From contig CAWFKW010000007.1 of assembly GCA_963816535.1 (NCBI GenBank), positions 85,675-149,674 on the forward strand: a stretch of DNA of 64,000 nt, read 5' to 3'. The notes under the pieces were generated by a model. It ran no database searches and was not told the origin of the DNA. It saw only the letters and a list, made by a program, of their open reading frames with translations. The stretch comes from an uncultured Ignavibacteria bacterium. GTDB taxonomy: Bacteria; Bacteroidota; Ignavibacteria; Tepidaquicellales; OLB5. Made by a program: the position numbers and the translations under genes. The first letter of the stretch is position 1; each line of letters starts with the position of its first letter. Positions 36,383 to 45,121 of this stretch are shown here, piece by piece.

Positions 36383-39300
36383 TTAGATTATGTTGTATTT
36401 GTCTTTTCTATTTCTAAAAGCCGGCTCTGTTCCTTCCAATATATCCAACGCCTTTTGTCTAATATCAAAAAATTCTATGCTACCTGATTCATAACTGACT
36501 ACATTTTTGTTATCCTTATCCATTTTTGCATGAATTATTTGTTCGGAATCGCAAACTATTGCTAAATTTGGATTATGTGTTACTATAATGATTTGTCTTT
36601 TAGTTTTAGCCTTTTTTATGAACGGTACTAATTTTTGAAAAACTGTTTCATTATCCAGATTTTCTTCTGGTTGGTCAATAATAATAGGTCTTAAGTCAAC
36701 ATCAATTAACAAATAGAATATTAACAGAAGAGTTCCTCTCTCACCGGGAGAAAGATTTTCTATTCTTCCACCAGCATATGTAATGTCAAATGATGTATCT
36801 AAATAATCAAAAGAATATAAATAATTATAGAGACGCGATCTAGAGACACTCCTCAACTGAGTATCAAGATCTACAGTTGTACTGTTGTCTTTTCCATCCG
36901 AATGATTGTTGTTCAACAATTCAATAAGTGTATCTGGCAAGCTAAGCAAACTATTTATATCGTCCTTGTCTATCTGCTTGATAACTTCATTGAATATTTC
37001 TCTGCCTTCCTCAACTCCGTAAAAAGTACCACGTCTATTTTGATTAATCAAATCAAGAAATTTGTCATCAAAATTAAACGGGAATTTCAACTTAGAATCA
37101 AAAGCAATAAATTCCATAGAACCCAGCCCAAATTCTTTCGCTTGCCCTTCAGCATATACTTTCGCGTGGTGATACATACTCGGTAAAAGATCCTTCTTTT
37201 TTATTTTCAGCTTTAAAATTTCCGAAGCACAAATTTTTCTATTTTCTTTAAATGTCTTTAAGGTATTTGGTACAACTTCATTAATTCTAAAAAGCTTAGC
37301 TTTTAGGTATTCTATTGTGTCTGGTGTATTATCATCGCCAAGTATATCCTTTTTCTTTTTTTCCCAATTTTTCAAATCTTCAATATATCTTTGGAATTCT
37401 CTATCTTTACTACTCAAAGTATCCGAAATCCTCTTGATTTCAATTTCAATTTTGGATAATTCACTGACAATTCCTTCCCTTTCGGTTTTGGTAATATTTA
37501 TGTTCTTTGTCAACTGTTCATCAATTGAGTCCAAATCAGCAAGATCTATGCTTAGATTTATTAATTTGTTAATATCGATTTTGTATTTTTCTGTTATATA
37601 GTTATCATGTAACTCTTTTCTAATATCTTCATAATTCCTTCCAAAAGACTCTAACTTTCCCTTCGTTAACTCTATTTGTTGCTTATCCTTTATAAGTTCA
37701 TCTAGATTTAATTGTAACTTATCAAGATCTTCCTTAAGCGTTCTCTCTTTTGCTTGAAATGATATCAACTCTTTTTTTGAATCTGAATCTGAGTCAGCCG
37801 TCTCTTCCGGTTTTTCCACTTCTTTTGGTTTATACTCTTCGATTGTTTTTAAGAATCTTTCTTTATCATCATGCTTATTCTTAATTTTTGTTACATTTTC
37901 CTCTTTTAATTCAACTTCATACCCCTCAATAGATTGATTAATCTCTTCAAGTCTACTTTTTTCTTGCATTAGATCACTATCGATTACCTTTGTCCTTATC
38001 TTCAATAGTTCCAATAAACTATCAGTACTTTGTTGCTCCTCTCTAGGAATGTGTGAAAAAATAACTCTGTCAATTTCACTTTGTAAGCGAGAAACATTTA
38101 AATCCTCGCAAAGCTCTTGGACAAATGATTGCGAAAGGTAAACAACTTTTGAATTGTCAACCTGTATATGCTCAGGTTTGGGAAACTCCTTTTCATTTTC
38201 AAATCCATCATAAAATCGAATCTGAGCTGCATATTTTTCTGATTCTGATAACTGTAAAAACTTTTCGGATTTTAAGAATGAGAATTGTTTTTTATCTACA
38301 TTAGCATTACCTGACATTCCTATAATGTCCGCTAAAGCACTCTTGCCGCTTCCTTTATTACCAATGATTGAAACAAGATCAATATTAATAGGAATTTCAT
38401 CAACATCATCGAACCATTCATTTTCTTTTTGTTTTGTAATCACTTTTATTTGGGTTATGAATTTATCCTTATTTTCTTCAACTATTTTCAATTTCGGAGG
38501 ATTTTCTCCGATGAAAACTCTGCTAGCAGGCTCATGAATTATCTGCTTCAGTCCTTCGAAGGTTGGGTCGGCTTTTATCCATGTTATTCTACTTCCAGGG
38601 AATTTACCATAATCATCTATTTTGTGCGCATCACTCCCTGAAAAAACAGGTTTTGCTTTACCGCCAATAGTTTTTAAAAAATTATTGAAATATTTCTCGT
38701 TCTTAGTGTTTTTTATTCCAAGAAATAGGTCTACGTTATCCGGAGTTCTTGATTCGAAAATATGAGCTTTTTGCATAAAGTAATTATCATGTAAAGGATG
38801 TTCTTCCCAATTCAATTTTTCCAATCCATCACTAGTATCATAAGGCAACGCAATTATACATTTTCCCTCCGATATATTTATCAGTGCATCATTCAGTGAA
38901 GCAATGGTAATAACAGCAGTCTTTTGACCGAGATTGAGTAAATCTTCATCGCTTAAAAACTCGGGGTCTTTAAATCCGTGCTTTGCAGCTTTGCTTTTAT
39001 CAAAACTTTTTGCTACGCTTATGAATGCCTCATTCGAGATTATTTTATCTGCTGAAAAAATCTTAAGGGAGTTTTTAAAGTCACTCAAATTTTGAGCCGT
39101 TAGTTCATCAGATAATATGGCGTGAATATTCAATCTAAAATCTGTTGGTGCTTCAATTCTAAGTTCAATTCCTGGTAGAATTGTTTTTGTACATGATATA
39201 TCAGGATTATCATTCAGAAAACTTCGTAAACCTAAATAGCCATCAAATGTCCAGTAATCCATAATCGCGAATACACTGACATCAGAAGAATTGATTTTCT

Positions 39301-39445
39301 CGACGATTCTTTTGTATGCGTCGTTTATCTCTTGGTCAGTCATTTCTGAAAAAGTTATTCCGTCATTCCAATGAAATGACGCTGGCGTATGAATGTGCAA
39401 ATCCCATTTCCGCCATTCTGAACCTCTTGGATATTTTGAAATCAT
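36383..39445 (-). CDS. PHP-domain phosphoesterase fused to a Rad50/SMC-like ABC ATPase with coiled-coil insert (Ppl/PplA-like defence-type protein)
   Basis: 1020 aa. PHP motifs WDLHIHTPAS (res 14-23), GIELR (92-96), NIHAI (106-110), SGSDAHK (269-275). Walker A GNKGSGKS (362-369; nt 38339-38362). E/K-rich coiled coil at ~480-760. ABC signature LSPGERG (898-904), Walker B IIIDQPEENLD (921-931), H-loop VTHNPN. Confidence 0.85.
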   Translation of the reverse strand: MISKYPRGSEWRKWDLHIHTPASFHWNDGITFSEMTDQEINDAYKRIVEKINSSDVSVFAIMDYWTFDGYLGLRSFLNDNPDISCTKTILPGIELRIEAPTDFRLNIHAILSDELTAQNLSDFKNSLKIFSADKIISNEAFISVAKSFDKSKAAKHGFKDPEFLSDEDLLNLGQKTAVITIASLNDALINISEGKCIIALPYDTSDGLEKLNWEEHPLHDNYFMQKAHIFESRTPDNVDLFLGIKNTKNEKYFNNFLKTIGGKAKPVFSGSDAHKIDDYGKFPGSRITWIKADPTFEGLKQIIHEPASRVFIGENPPKLKIVEENKDKFITQIKVITKQKENEWFDDVDEIPINIDLVSIIGNKGSGKSALADIIGMSGNANVDKKQFSFLKSEKFLQLSESEKYAAQIRFYDGFENEKEFPKPEHIQVDNSKVVYLSQSFVQELCEDLNVSRLQSEIDRVIFSHIPREEQQSTDSLLELLKIRTKVIDSDLMQEKSRLEEINQSIEGYEVELKEENVTKIKNKHDDKERFLKTIEEYKPKEVEKPEETADSDSDSKKELISFQAKERTLKEDLDKLQLNLDELIKDKQQIELTKGKLESFGRNYEDIRKELHDNYITEKYKIDINKLINLSIDLADLDSIDEQLTKNINITKTEREGIVSELSKIEIEIKRISDTLSSKDREFQRYIEDLKNWEKKKKDILGDDNTPDTIEYLKAKLFRINEVVPNTLKTFKENRKICASEILKLKIKKKDLLPSMYHHAKVYAEGQAKEFGLGSMEFIAFDSKLKFPFNFDDKFLDLINQNRRGTFYGVEEGREIFNEVIKQIDKDDINSLLSLPDTLIELLNNNHSDGKDNSTTVDLDTQLRSVSRSRLYNYLYSFDYLDTSFDITYAGGRIENLSPGERGTLLLIFYLLIDVDLRPIIIDQPEENLDNETVFQKLVPFIKKAKTKRQIIIVTHNPNLAIVCDSEQIIHAKMDKDNKNVVSYESGSIEFFDIRQKALDILEGTEPAFRNRKDKYNII

Positions 39446-39476
39446 AAATTTTGAATTTTATAGTTTTTGTTAAATC

Positions 39477-39515
39477 AAAAAAGGGGACCAAGGCGTAAAA
39501 CCGCCTTGTATCCCC
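39477..39515 (-). terminator. Intrinsic terminator between the DUF559 gene and the PHP-ATPase gene
   Basis: On the minus strand: ggggatacaaggcggttttacgccttggtcccc followed by TTTTTTGATTT. Plus-strand hairpin at 39483-39515, A-run at 39477-39482. Confidence 0.7.
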
Positions 39516-39720
39516 TATCACAAACATAAAAGTAACTTTTTACAAAAACAATGATTTATTGGGATTGCGGGCAGCGAACCCCCATCTCAAATCATTTTAT
39601 TTTCAGAATATTCTATGTATGTAAGCTATTGTGAATGCAAGCCTTTAGTCCCCCCTAAGGGGGGATTGGATTTTTCAAACAAAATTCATCTTCTCTATGA
39701 ACTATATGCAATCTTTAAAA

Positions 39721-40104
39721 TTATCTTTCACGGGGGTTCTGCTTTTTATCCGCTATTTCTTTTTTAATTTTTTCAAGAACATTATACATATCTTCGTACA
39801 CCATTTCATTTGTAAAACGTAAGAATGATATTCCCAAATTCTCTATTTCAGATTGTCTGCGTTTGTCATATTCTATTTCTTCGTCTGATAAATGAGTCGC
39901 TCCATCTATCTCAATGGCAAGTCTTTGCTCAGGAGCAAAAAAATCAACCACAAATGGACCCACGCCATATTGTCTTAGAAATCTTTGACCAAGTAATTTC
40001 TTATTCTTTAACTGAAGCCATATAAGGACTTCCGCTTTTGTCATGTTGTTTCTTAGCTTTCTTCTTTTCTCTTTCTCGGTCGCTTTGTTATATATTGCTG
40101 TCAT
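39721..40104 (-). CDS. DUF559 endonuclease-domain protein (Vsr/restriction-endonuclease-like fold)
   Basis: 127 aa. Contains ..LRNNMTKAEVLIWLQLKNKKLLGQRFLRQYGVGPFVVDFFAPEQRLAIEIDGATH.., typical DUF559. Confidence 0.85.
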   Translation of the reverse strand: MTAIYNKATEKEKRRKLRNNMTKAEVLIWLQLKNKKLLGQRFLRQYGVGPFVVDFFAPEQRLAIEIDGATHLSDEEIEYDKRRQSEIENLGISFLRFTNEMVYEDMYNVLEKIKKEIADKKQNPRER

Positions 40105-40124
40105 ACAGATCTGCGATTCTCAAT

Positions 40125-40736
40125 TTAATACGTTACAAAAGTTCCGACCATATCATAATAGTCCTGCAGGAGCGCGCGCCTGTCATAAGCTCTTACAGTA
40201 CCCGGGTCATAGACGCCTAAATTCGTACTGTGGATAAACAGCCTGATCCCGATACAATAAGCTCCTGATGAAACTGCATAAACAGTTTCATAGTAGTAGT
40301 TGCCGGCAGCCGCTTCATCACGTTCAGCAACAGTATATGCGACGCCGCCTGCCGTTGTGCCGGGTATTTCAGTTATTGACGTCCCGCTTTCCAGAAAATT
40401 TTTAGCGCTGGAGCCTGTGGGAAGCCACTCTACGCTTATATATGAATCGTCTATAAGGTTTGTGCCGGTGGTAAAGGCCGCAGGAACCTCAAAAGAAACC
40501 CCGGGTATTGATCCCGATGTCAAAAAAGTATAAGTATATGATGTGTTTTTAGTATAAGAGCTCATGTACTTAATTGAAAATCCAATCGCGCTGTTTTTAT
40601 ACTTCTTCCATACGGCGTTAATATTCGTAACGTTAGCGATTGATTTCCCGCTGTAACCCGTTGTGAGATCACCTGAGCAGAATGTAAGAGCCGGCATGAA
40701 AACAATTAAAGCAAATAAAAATAATGTTTTTTTCAT
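40125..40736 (-). CDS. Hypothetical lipoprotein
   Basis: The ORF track starts at 40784. The ATG at 40736 gives MKKTLFLFALIVFMPALTFCSG (signal peptide plus lipobox). No recognised family. Confidence 0.65.
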   Translation of the reverse strand: MKKTLFLFALIVFMPALTFCSGDLTTGYSGKSIANVTNINAVWKKYKNSAIGFSIKYMSSYTKNTSYTYTFLTSGSIPGVSFEVPAAFTTGTNLIDDSYISVEWLPTGSSAKNFLESGTSITEIPGTTAGGVAYTVAERDEAAAGNYYYETVYAVSSGAYCIGIRLFIHSTNLGVYDPGTVRAYDRRALLQDYYDMVGTFVTY

Positions 40737-40983
40737 ATTTTTTATTCTGGTTTTTATATTATTAAATACTGAAACTCTTAACAAACCCGGTTATCCGATA
40801 TAAAAATAGGGGCATCAGTCTTAATTACTTATTAAAACTATTTGCCCCTGGGCAATAATAAAATATTCTTTTAACAAATTCAATGATTTATTGGGAAAAC
40901 ATGACCAGCCCTCAGCAAGGCTTCTGCCTGATGGCGTGTCTTTCATGGCAGGGATTGTTGTTTATTATGATGGTTTTTTTGTA

Positions 40984-41398
40984 CGACCCCTATAGGGGTC
41001 GAATGTCTGTAGATGAAAATTTTCTATAAACGTACGACTCCAAAGGAGTCGAACAGCCCGAACTCCTAAAAGGGCGGTTGGGAATTCTATTATAGAACAA
41101 ACCATTATAGAAAATTAATTTTTGGCGAGAGAATATTTTCAATGGGGGTTTATCTTTTATAGGCGCCGAATATTGGAGTCCCAAACTGTCCGCCGCGGCG
41201 GATTGGGACTCAGGATAGAAAGATATGTCAAAGGCATGCCTTTGACCTACAAGACTTATAGCTATTTTTTCTTTGTGCCTTGGTGTCTTAGTGGCGGGAA
41301 TTCTTATAGGGCAAAGCAAATCATTCAATTTATTATTCAAAGTCTGGATTCCCGCCGGAGTTTATCCCGCACTTGATGCGGGGCGGGAATGACAGCAG
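40984..41398. repeat. Non-coding cluster of perfect palindromes/hairpins
   Basis: Elements: cgacccc-tata-ggggtcg (40984-41001); cgactcc-aaa-ggagtcg (41035-41051); gagtcccaa...ttgggactc with inner ccgccgcggcgg (41176-41211); gtcaaaggcatgcctttgac (41227-41246); ctttgtgccttggtgtcttagtggcg (41271-41296); attcccgcc...ggcgggaat (41348-41389). Confidence 0.85.
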
Positions 41399-41399
41399 G

Positions 41400-42296
41400 T
41401 TAACTACAGTCAGGTTCTTCGCAGCCGCCGTCTTTTCTTTCTGTTTCAAGAGTTATGTGACTGATATTTAAATGTTCAAGTTCGTGTTTCAATTTATCTT
41501 TTATCGCGCTTTCCTCTTTAATATCTATTTCGTTACCCAGTACTAAATGCGCGGTCAACGCATTTTCTGTCGTGCTCAGCGCCCATACATGGATATGGTG
41601 AATTTCTTCAATGCCCGAAACCTTTGACGCGCAGTCGGTTACATCTTTCATGTTTATGCCGCGCGGCACTCCGTCAAGCGTAAGCCGGAGGCTCTCCCTC
41701 AAAAGCTTCCATGTGCCAAAGAGAATAACTATCGCTATGGCAATGCTCAGAAGCGGGTCAACCCAATACAGCTTAGTATAGAAAATAATAATTCCGCCGG
41801 CAACCAGTCCGAGCGATACAACCGCGTCTGACATAAGATGGAGGTAAGCGCTTTTGATGTTAATATCGCGCTCTTTATCCTTAAGAAACATTAAGGCGGT
41901 AACGCCATTAATGATAATTCCAATAGCCGCAACAATAGCTATCACTCCGCCCGGGAGCGGCTCGGGCTGAAACAAGCGATGGAACGCTTCAAAGCTGATT
42001 GCGCCAATAGAAACAAGCAGCACTACTGCATTTAAAAGCGCTACAAGTATTGTTGTTTTCCTGTAGCCGTAAGTATATTTTTTGTTTGGTTTAACGCTCA
42101 GCAATCTGAAAGCAACAAGTGAAAGAGCAAGACTTGCAACGTCGGCAAGATTGTGGCCCGCATCGGAGAGCAGAGAGAGCGAGTTAATATAAAACCCGGC
42201 AATTATTTCTATTAGAACAAATAAAACATTAAGCGTAATCCCTATAATAAATGCGCGGTCAATGTTCTGTTTATTTGCGTGGTTATGGTCGTGCAA
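41400..42296 (-). CDS. Cation diffusion facilitator (CzcD/ZitB-type) metal efflux transporter
   Basis: 298 aa with six TM helices. Metal-site motifs LLSDAGHNLAD and HLMSDA. C-terminal cytoplasmic domain with HHIHVW. Confidence 0.92.
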   Translation of the reverse strand: MHDHNHANKQNIDRAFIIGITLNVLFVLIEIIAGFYINSLSLLSDAGHNLADVASLALSLVAFRLLSVKPNKKYTYGYRKTTILVALLNAVVLLVSIGAISFEAFHRLFQPEPLPGGVIAIVAAIGIIINGVTALMFLKDKERDINIKSAYLHLMSDAVVSLGLVAGGIIIFYTKLYWVDPLLSIAIAIVILFGTWKLLRESLRLTLDGVPRGINMKDVTDCASKVSGIEEIHHIHVWALSTTENALTAHLVLGNEIDIKEESAIKDKLKHELEHLNISHITLETERKDGGCEEPDCS

Positions 42297-42450
42297 GCTT
42301 ATTACGGGAGCCTTTCTTTAATCGTCATTATTTCGGATTCGTGTTTCATTATACAAATATAAGGAATACTGTTTGATGGATTTCAGGAATAAATAAGGAG
42401 CGTTTTTTGCGGCTCGTTCGGGGAACGAGCCCTACCGAAGCAATAAAGGG

Positions 42451-42957
42451 TTACTTCCCTTTCTTCCATGTTCTTGCCATGAAGCGGCCTCCGGCGCCGG
42501 AGAGATGATGTATTGCACGCGCGGCATTGCGCCGGCGCGCCTCATCTGATTTAAGCGCTGCGAAATATCTTAGTATTTCCTTTTGACGGCTGGGCGTTAA
42601 CTCTTTCCATGCCGATTTCGCTTTCGGAGTTTTGTTTAATTGTTTACCGAACCATATTGGAATTGGGTGCATTGGTCCGTTACGGTATGCTGAATCAAAT
42701 TCGACCTCAACTTTTACTTTATCGTTAACCTTTGTGCCGGATGCTTTGCGCACAACTCCGGCCAGGTAAAGATAGTAACTTCCGTCGCCGACGGGCATCA
42801 TATTGATACGCCATGCATTTTCCGGTTTTCCGTTTACGCGAACAAGAACGGGCATTGGTTTACGCCAGCCGGATTTTATTTTTGCGGCCCTGGTTTTGCT
42901 TACCAGAACAAACGGATTAACGTCGCGTATTTTTATCTCTGCGTTAAATTTTATCAT
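42451..42957 (-). CDS. DUF1905 + YdeI/OmpD-associated family protein
   Basis: 168 aa. The N-terminus MIKFNAEIKI...GWRKPMPVLVRVNG is DUF1905-like. The C-terminus ..LTPSRQKEILRYFAALKSDEARRRN.. is YdeI-like. Confidence 0.75.
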   Translation of the reverse strand: MIKFNAEIKIRDVNPFVLVSKTRAAKIKSGWRKPMPVLVRVNGKPENAWRINMMPVGDGSYYLYLAGVVRKASGTKVNDKVKVEVEFDSAYRNGPMHPIPIWFGKQLNKTPKAKSAWKELTPSRQKEILRYFAALKSDEARRRNAARAIHHLSGAGGRFMARTWKKGK

Positions 42958-43227
42958 GGATAGCGCTATGATAATAAAAAAATATTCATATTAAAAAGAT
43001 TTAATAAGCGGCGGGAATCAATTTAAATCCCCCACATTCGTCATAGACATGTCATTGACCAGCACCCGCAGTTGTCAGGCCCGTCTGAGCCGGGTAAACA
43101 TGCCTGACAACTGCAAAGTGAGGTATGACATTTGCAGAAGTAAAATCACCCAATCTCACTGTTTTGTTGTTTAAAGTTAAGCTATCTTGAACGTGTTGGA
43201 ATTATACAAAATATCAGCGGGATTATT

Positions 43228-43569
43228 ATGATATACAAAAAGGCATCTATCAGCTCCAATTCAATCAAAAGAGAATTATTGCTGGGTTTTGATTTTATTG
43301 AGAAATATATACGGCAGAAAAAATCAGCGGCTCCTATAATTTCTTTACACTGCAAATATGAAATCAATGATATTTGGGAAAAAACTGTCACATTTTACCT
43401 TGTCTCTAATGACACGGCAGATGTGAGCCAGTTCATAGAGAAATGGAAATTTGAAAAAGTGAGCGCTCTGCCTCCGTCTCTTGTGCATATTCTGGGTAAT
43501 TACGGGGCCAAAGTAAAAGAAATTGACAGGTCGAAATTTGAAAATAATTTTTTCAAAACGCCGGCATAA
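43228..43569 (+). CDS. Hypothetical protein
   Basis: 113-aa ORF in an otherwise empty 830-nt gap. No recognisable motif or clear SD. Confidence 0.4.
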   Translation: MIYKKASISSNSIKRELLLGFDFIEKYIRQKKSAAPIISLHCKYEINDIWEKTVTFYLVSNDTADVSQFIEKWKFEKVSALPPSLVHILGNYGAKVKEIDRSKFENNFFKTPA

Positions 43570-43789
43570 ATATATTCTTTAGCGCTCAGGATCAGAACTC
43601 ACTTCAGGCTTCTTTGATCTATTCAAGAAATTATTCTTACAACTCTAACGCCAGCTGTACTTATGAATTCAATTTTAAGTAATTGCATTTATTTATATTT
43701 TTGAAAATATAAAAACGGATATTCTCACTTCGCACTGCAGCCGGAAGGCGCATCGCGAAAATTCAGCAATTTCCCAAATCAAGAAATAG

Positions 43790-45121
43790 ATGGATGCTTA
43801 CCTGATACACCGGATACAATTTTCGTTTACAGTGATGTTTCACTATATATTCCCACAGCTTACTATGGGGCTCGCGGCGCTTATTGTTGTCCTGAAAATA
43901 TTGGCTGTACGAAAACATGACGAGCATTATAATAAAGCCGCAAGGTTCTGGGCCAAAATATTCGCTTTGAATTTTGCGATCGGGGTTGTGACAGGAATTC
44001 CCATGGAGTTTCAGTTCGGCACAAACTGGGCGAAGTTCTCGGCGTTTTCAGGCGGAGTTATCGGACAAACCCTGGCAATGGAAGGCATGTTCGCTTTCTT
44101 CCTTGAATCGGCATTTCTTGGGTTGTTTCTCTTCGGTGAGAAAAAAATAGGGCCAAAGTGGCACCTTGTTTCGGCGTTCCTGGTGTTCATAGGTTCATGG
44201 ATATCAGGTTTCTTCATAATCGCAACAAATGCATGGATGCAGCTTCCGGTCGGTTTCAACCGTGCGGCAGACGGAACATTTCAGCTGGCAAATTTCGGCG
44301 AGCTGATGACAAATCCCTGGCTCTTCTGGCAATATGTGCATAACATGAGCGGAGCAGTTGTGACAGCATCATTTGTTATGGCGTCGCTTGGAGCATATTA
44401 CATGCTTTCGAACAAGCATACCGATTACGCAAAGACATTTTTGAAGCTCGGGATAATTTCAGGTGTAATTGTTTCGATATTCCAGGCGTTTCCAAGCGGT
44501 GACGGACAGGGAAAGAACGTCGCGCTTTACCAGCCGACGACTCTATCTGCAATGGAAGGACTTTTCGAAACCGAGCATGGCGCTTCGCTTGTAATTTTAG
44601 GGCAGCCCGATATAGAAAAACTTACGCTTGATAACCCGATAAAAATCCCGAATCTGCTCAGCTTTCTTACATATAGCAGATGGAAAGCAGAAGTGAAAGG
44701 ATTAAAAGAATACCCGCGCGACAGGTGGCCGGATAATATTCCCCTGCTCTATTATAGCTATCATATAATGGTTGGATTGGGAACAATATTTATCGGAATC
44801 ATGCTTATAGGCGCTTTTCTTTTGTGGCGTAAAAAACTTTTTACAGCCAGATGGTTTATGTGGATATTACTGTTAAGCTTTCCTTTCCCGTATATAGCCA
44901 ACACCGCCGGATGGATGACCGCAGAGCTTGGAAGGCAGCCGTGGCTGATATATGGGTTGCTAAGAACTTCTGAAGGAATGTCAACAAACGTCAGCTCCGG
45001 TAATGCGCTCTTCACATTGCTCGGGTTTGCAGGAATATATTTGCTTCTGGGGATATTGTTTATTGTGCTTGTGATAAAAGAAATTAATCACGGTCCGGAT
45101 AATGGAAAGGAGCATGCTTAA
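43790..45121 (+). CDS. cydA: Cytochrome bd-type quinol oxidase subunit I
   Basis: 443 aa. Contains ..QFSFTVMFHYIFPQLTMGL.., ..GVVTGIPMEFQFGTNW.., ..ELGRQPWLIYGLLRT... Short Q-loop type. Confidence 0.95.
   Translation: MDAYLIHRIQFSFTVMFHYIFPQLTMGLAALIVVLKILAVRKHDEHYNKAARFWAKIFALNFAIGVVTGIPMEFQFGTNWAKFSAFSGGVIGQTLAMEGMFAFFLESAFLGLFLFGEKKIGPKWHLVSAFLVFIGSWISGFFIIATNAWMQLPVGFNRAADGTFQLANFGELMTNPWLFWQYVHNMSGAVVTASFVMASLGAYYMLSNKHTDYAKTFLKLGIISGVIVSIFQAFPSGDGQGKNVALYQPTTLSAMEGLFETEHGASLVILGQPDIEKLTLDNPIKIPNLLSFLTYSRWKAEVKGLKEYPRDRWPDNIPLLYYSYHIMVGLGTIFIGIMLIGAFLLWRKKLFTARWFMWILLLSFPFPYIANTAGWMTAELGRQPWLIYGLLRTSEGMSTNVSSGNALFTLLGFAGIYLLLGILFIVLVIKEINHGPDNGKEHA

Noticed and set aside
39721-40104. 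DUF559 endonuclease as a third component of the PHP-ATPase cassette
   Set aside because: A strong intrinsic terminator (39477-39515) and a 275-nt repeat-containing gap separate it from the cassette, and DUF559 genes are commonly dispersed multicopy genes. Linkage is possible but not supported, so it is kept as a neighbour only.
40990-41376. Two mutually overlapping ORFs (116 aa minus, 84 aa plus) in the hairpin cluster
   Set aside because: Both are translations of palindromic repeats, which read similarly on both strands. Neither has a start-site signal or a recognisable motif.
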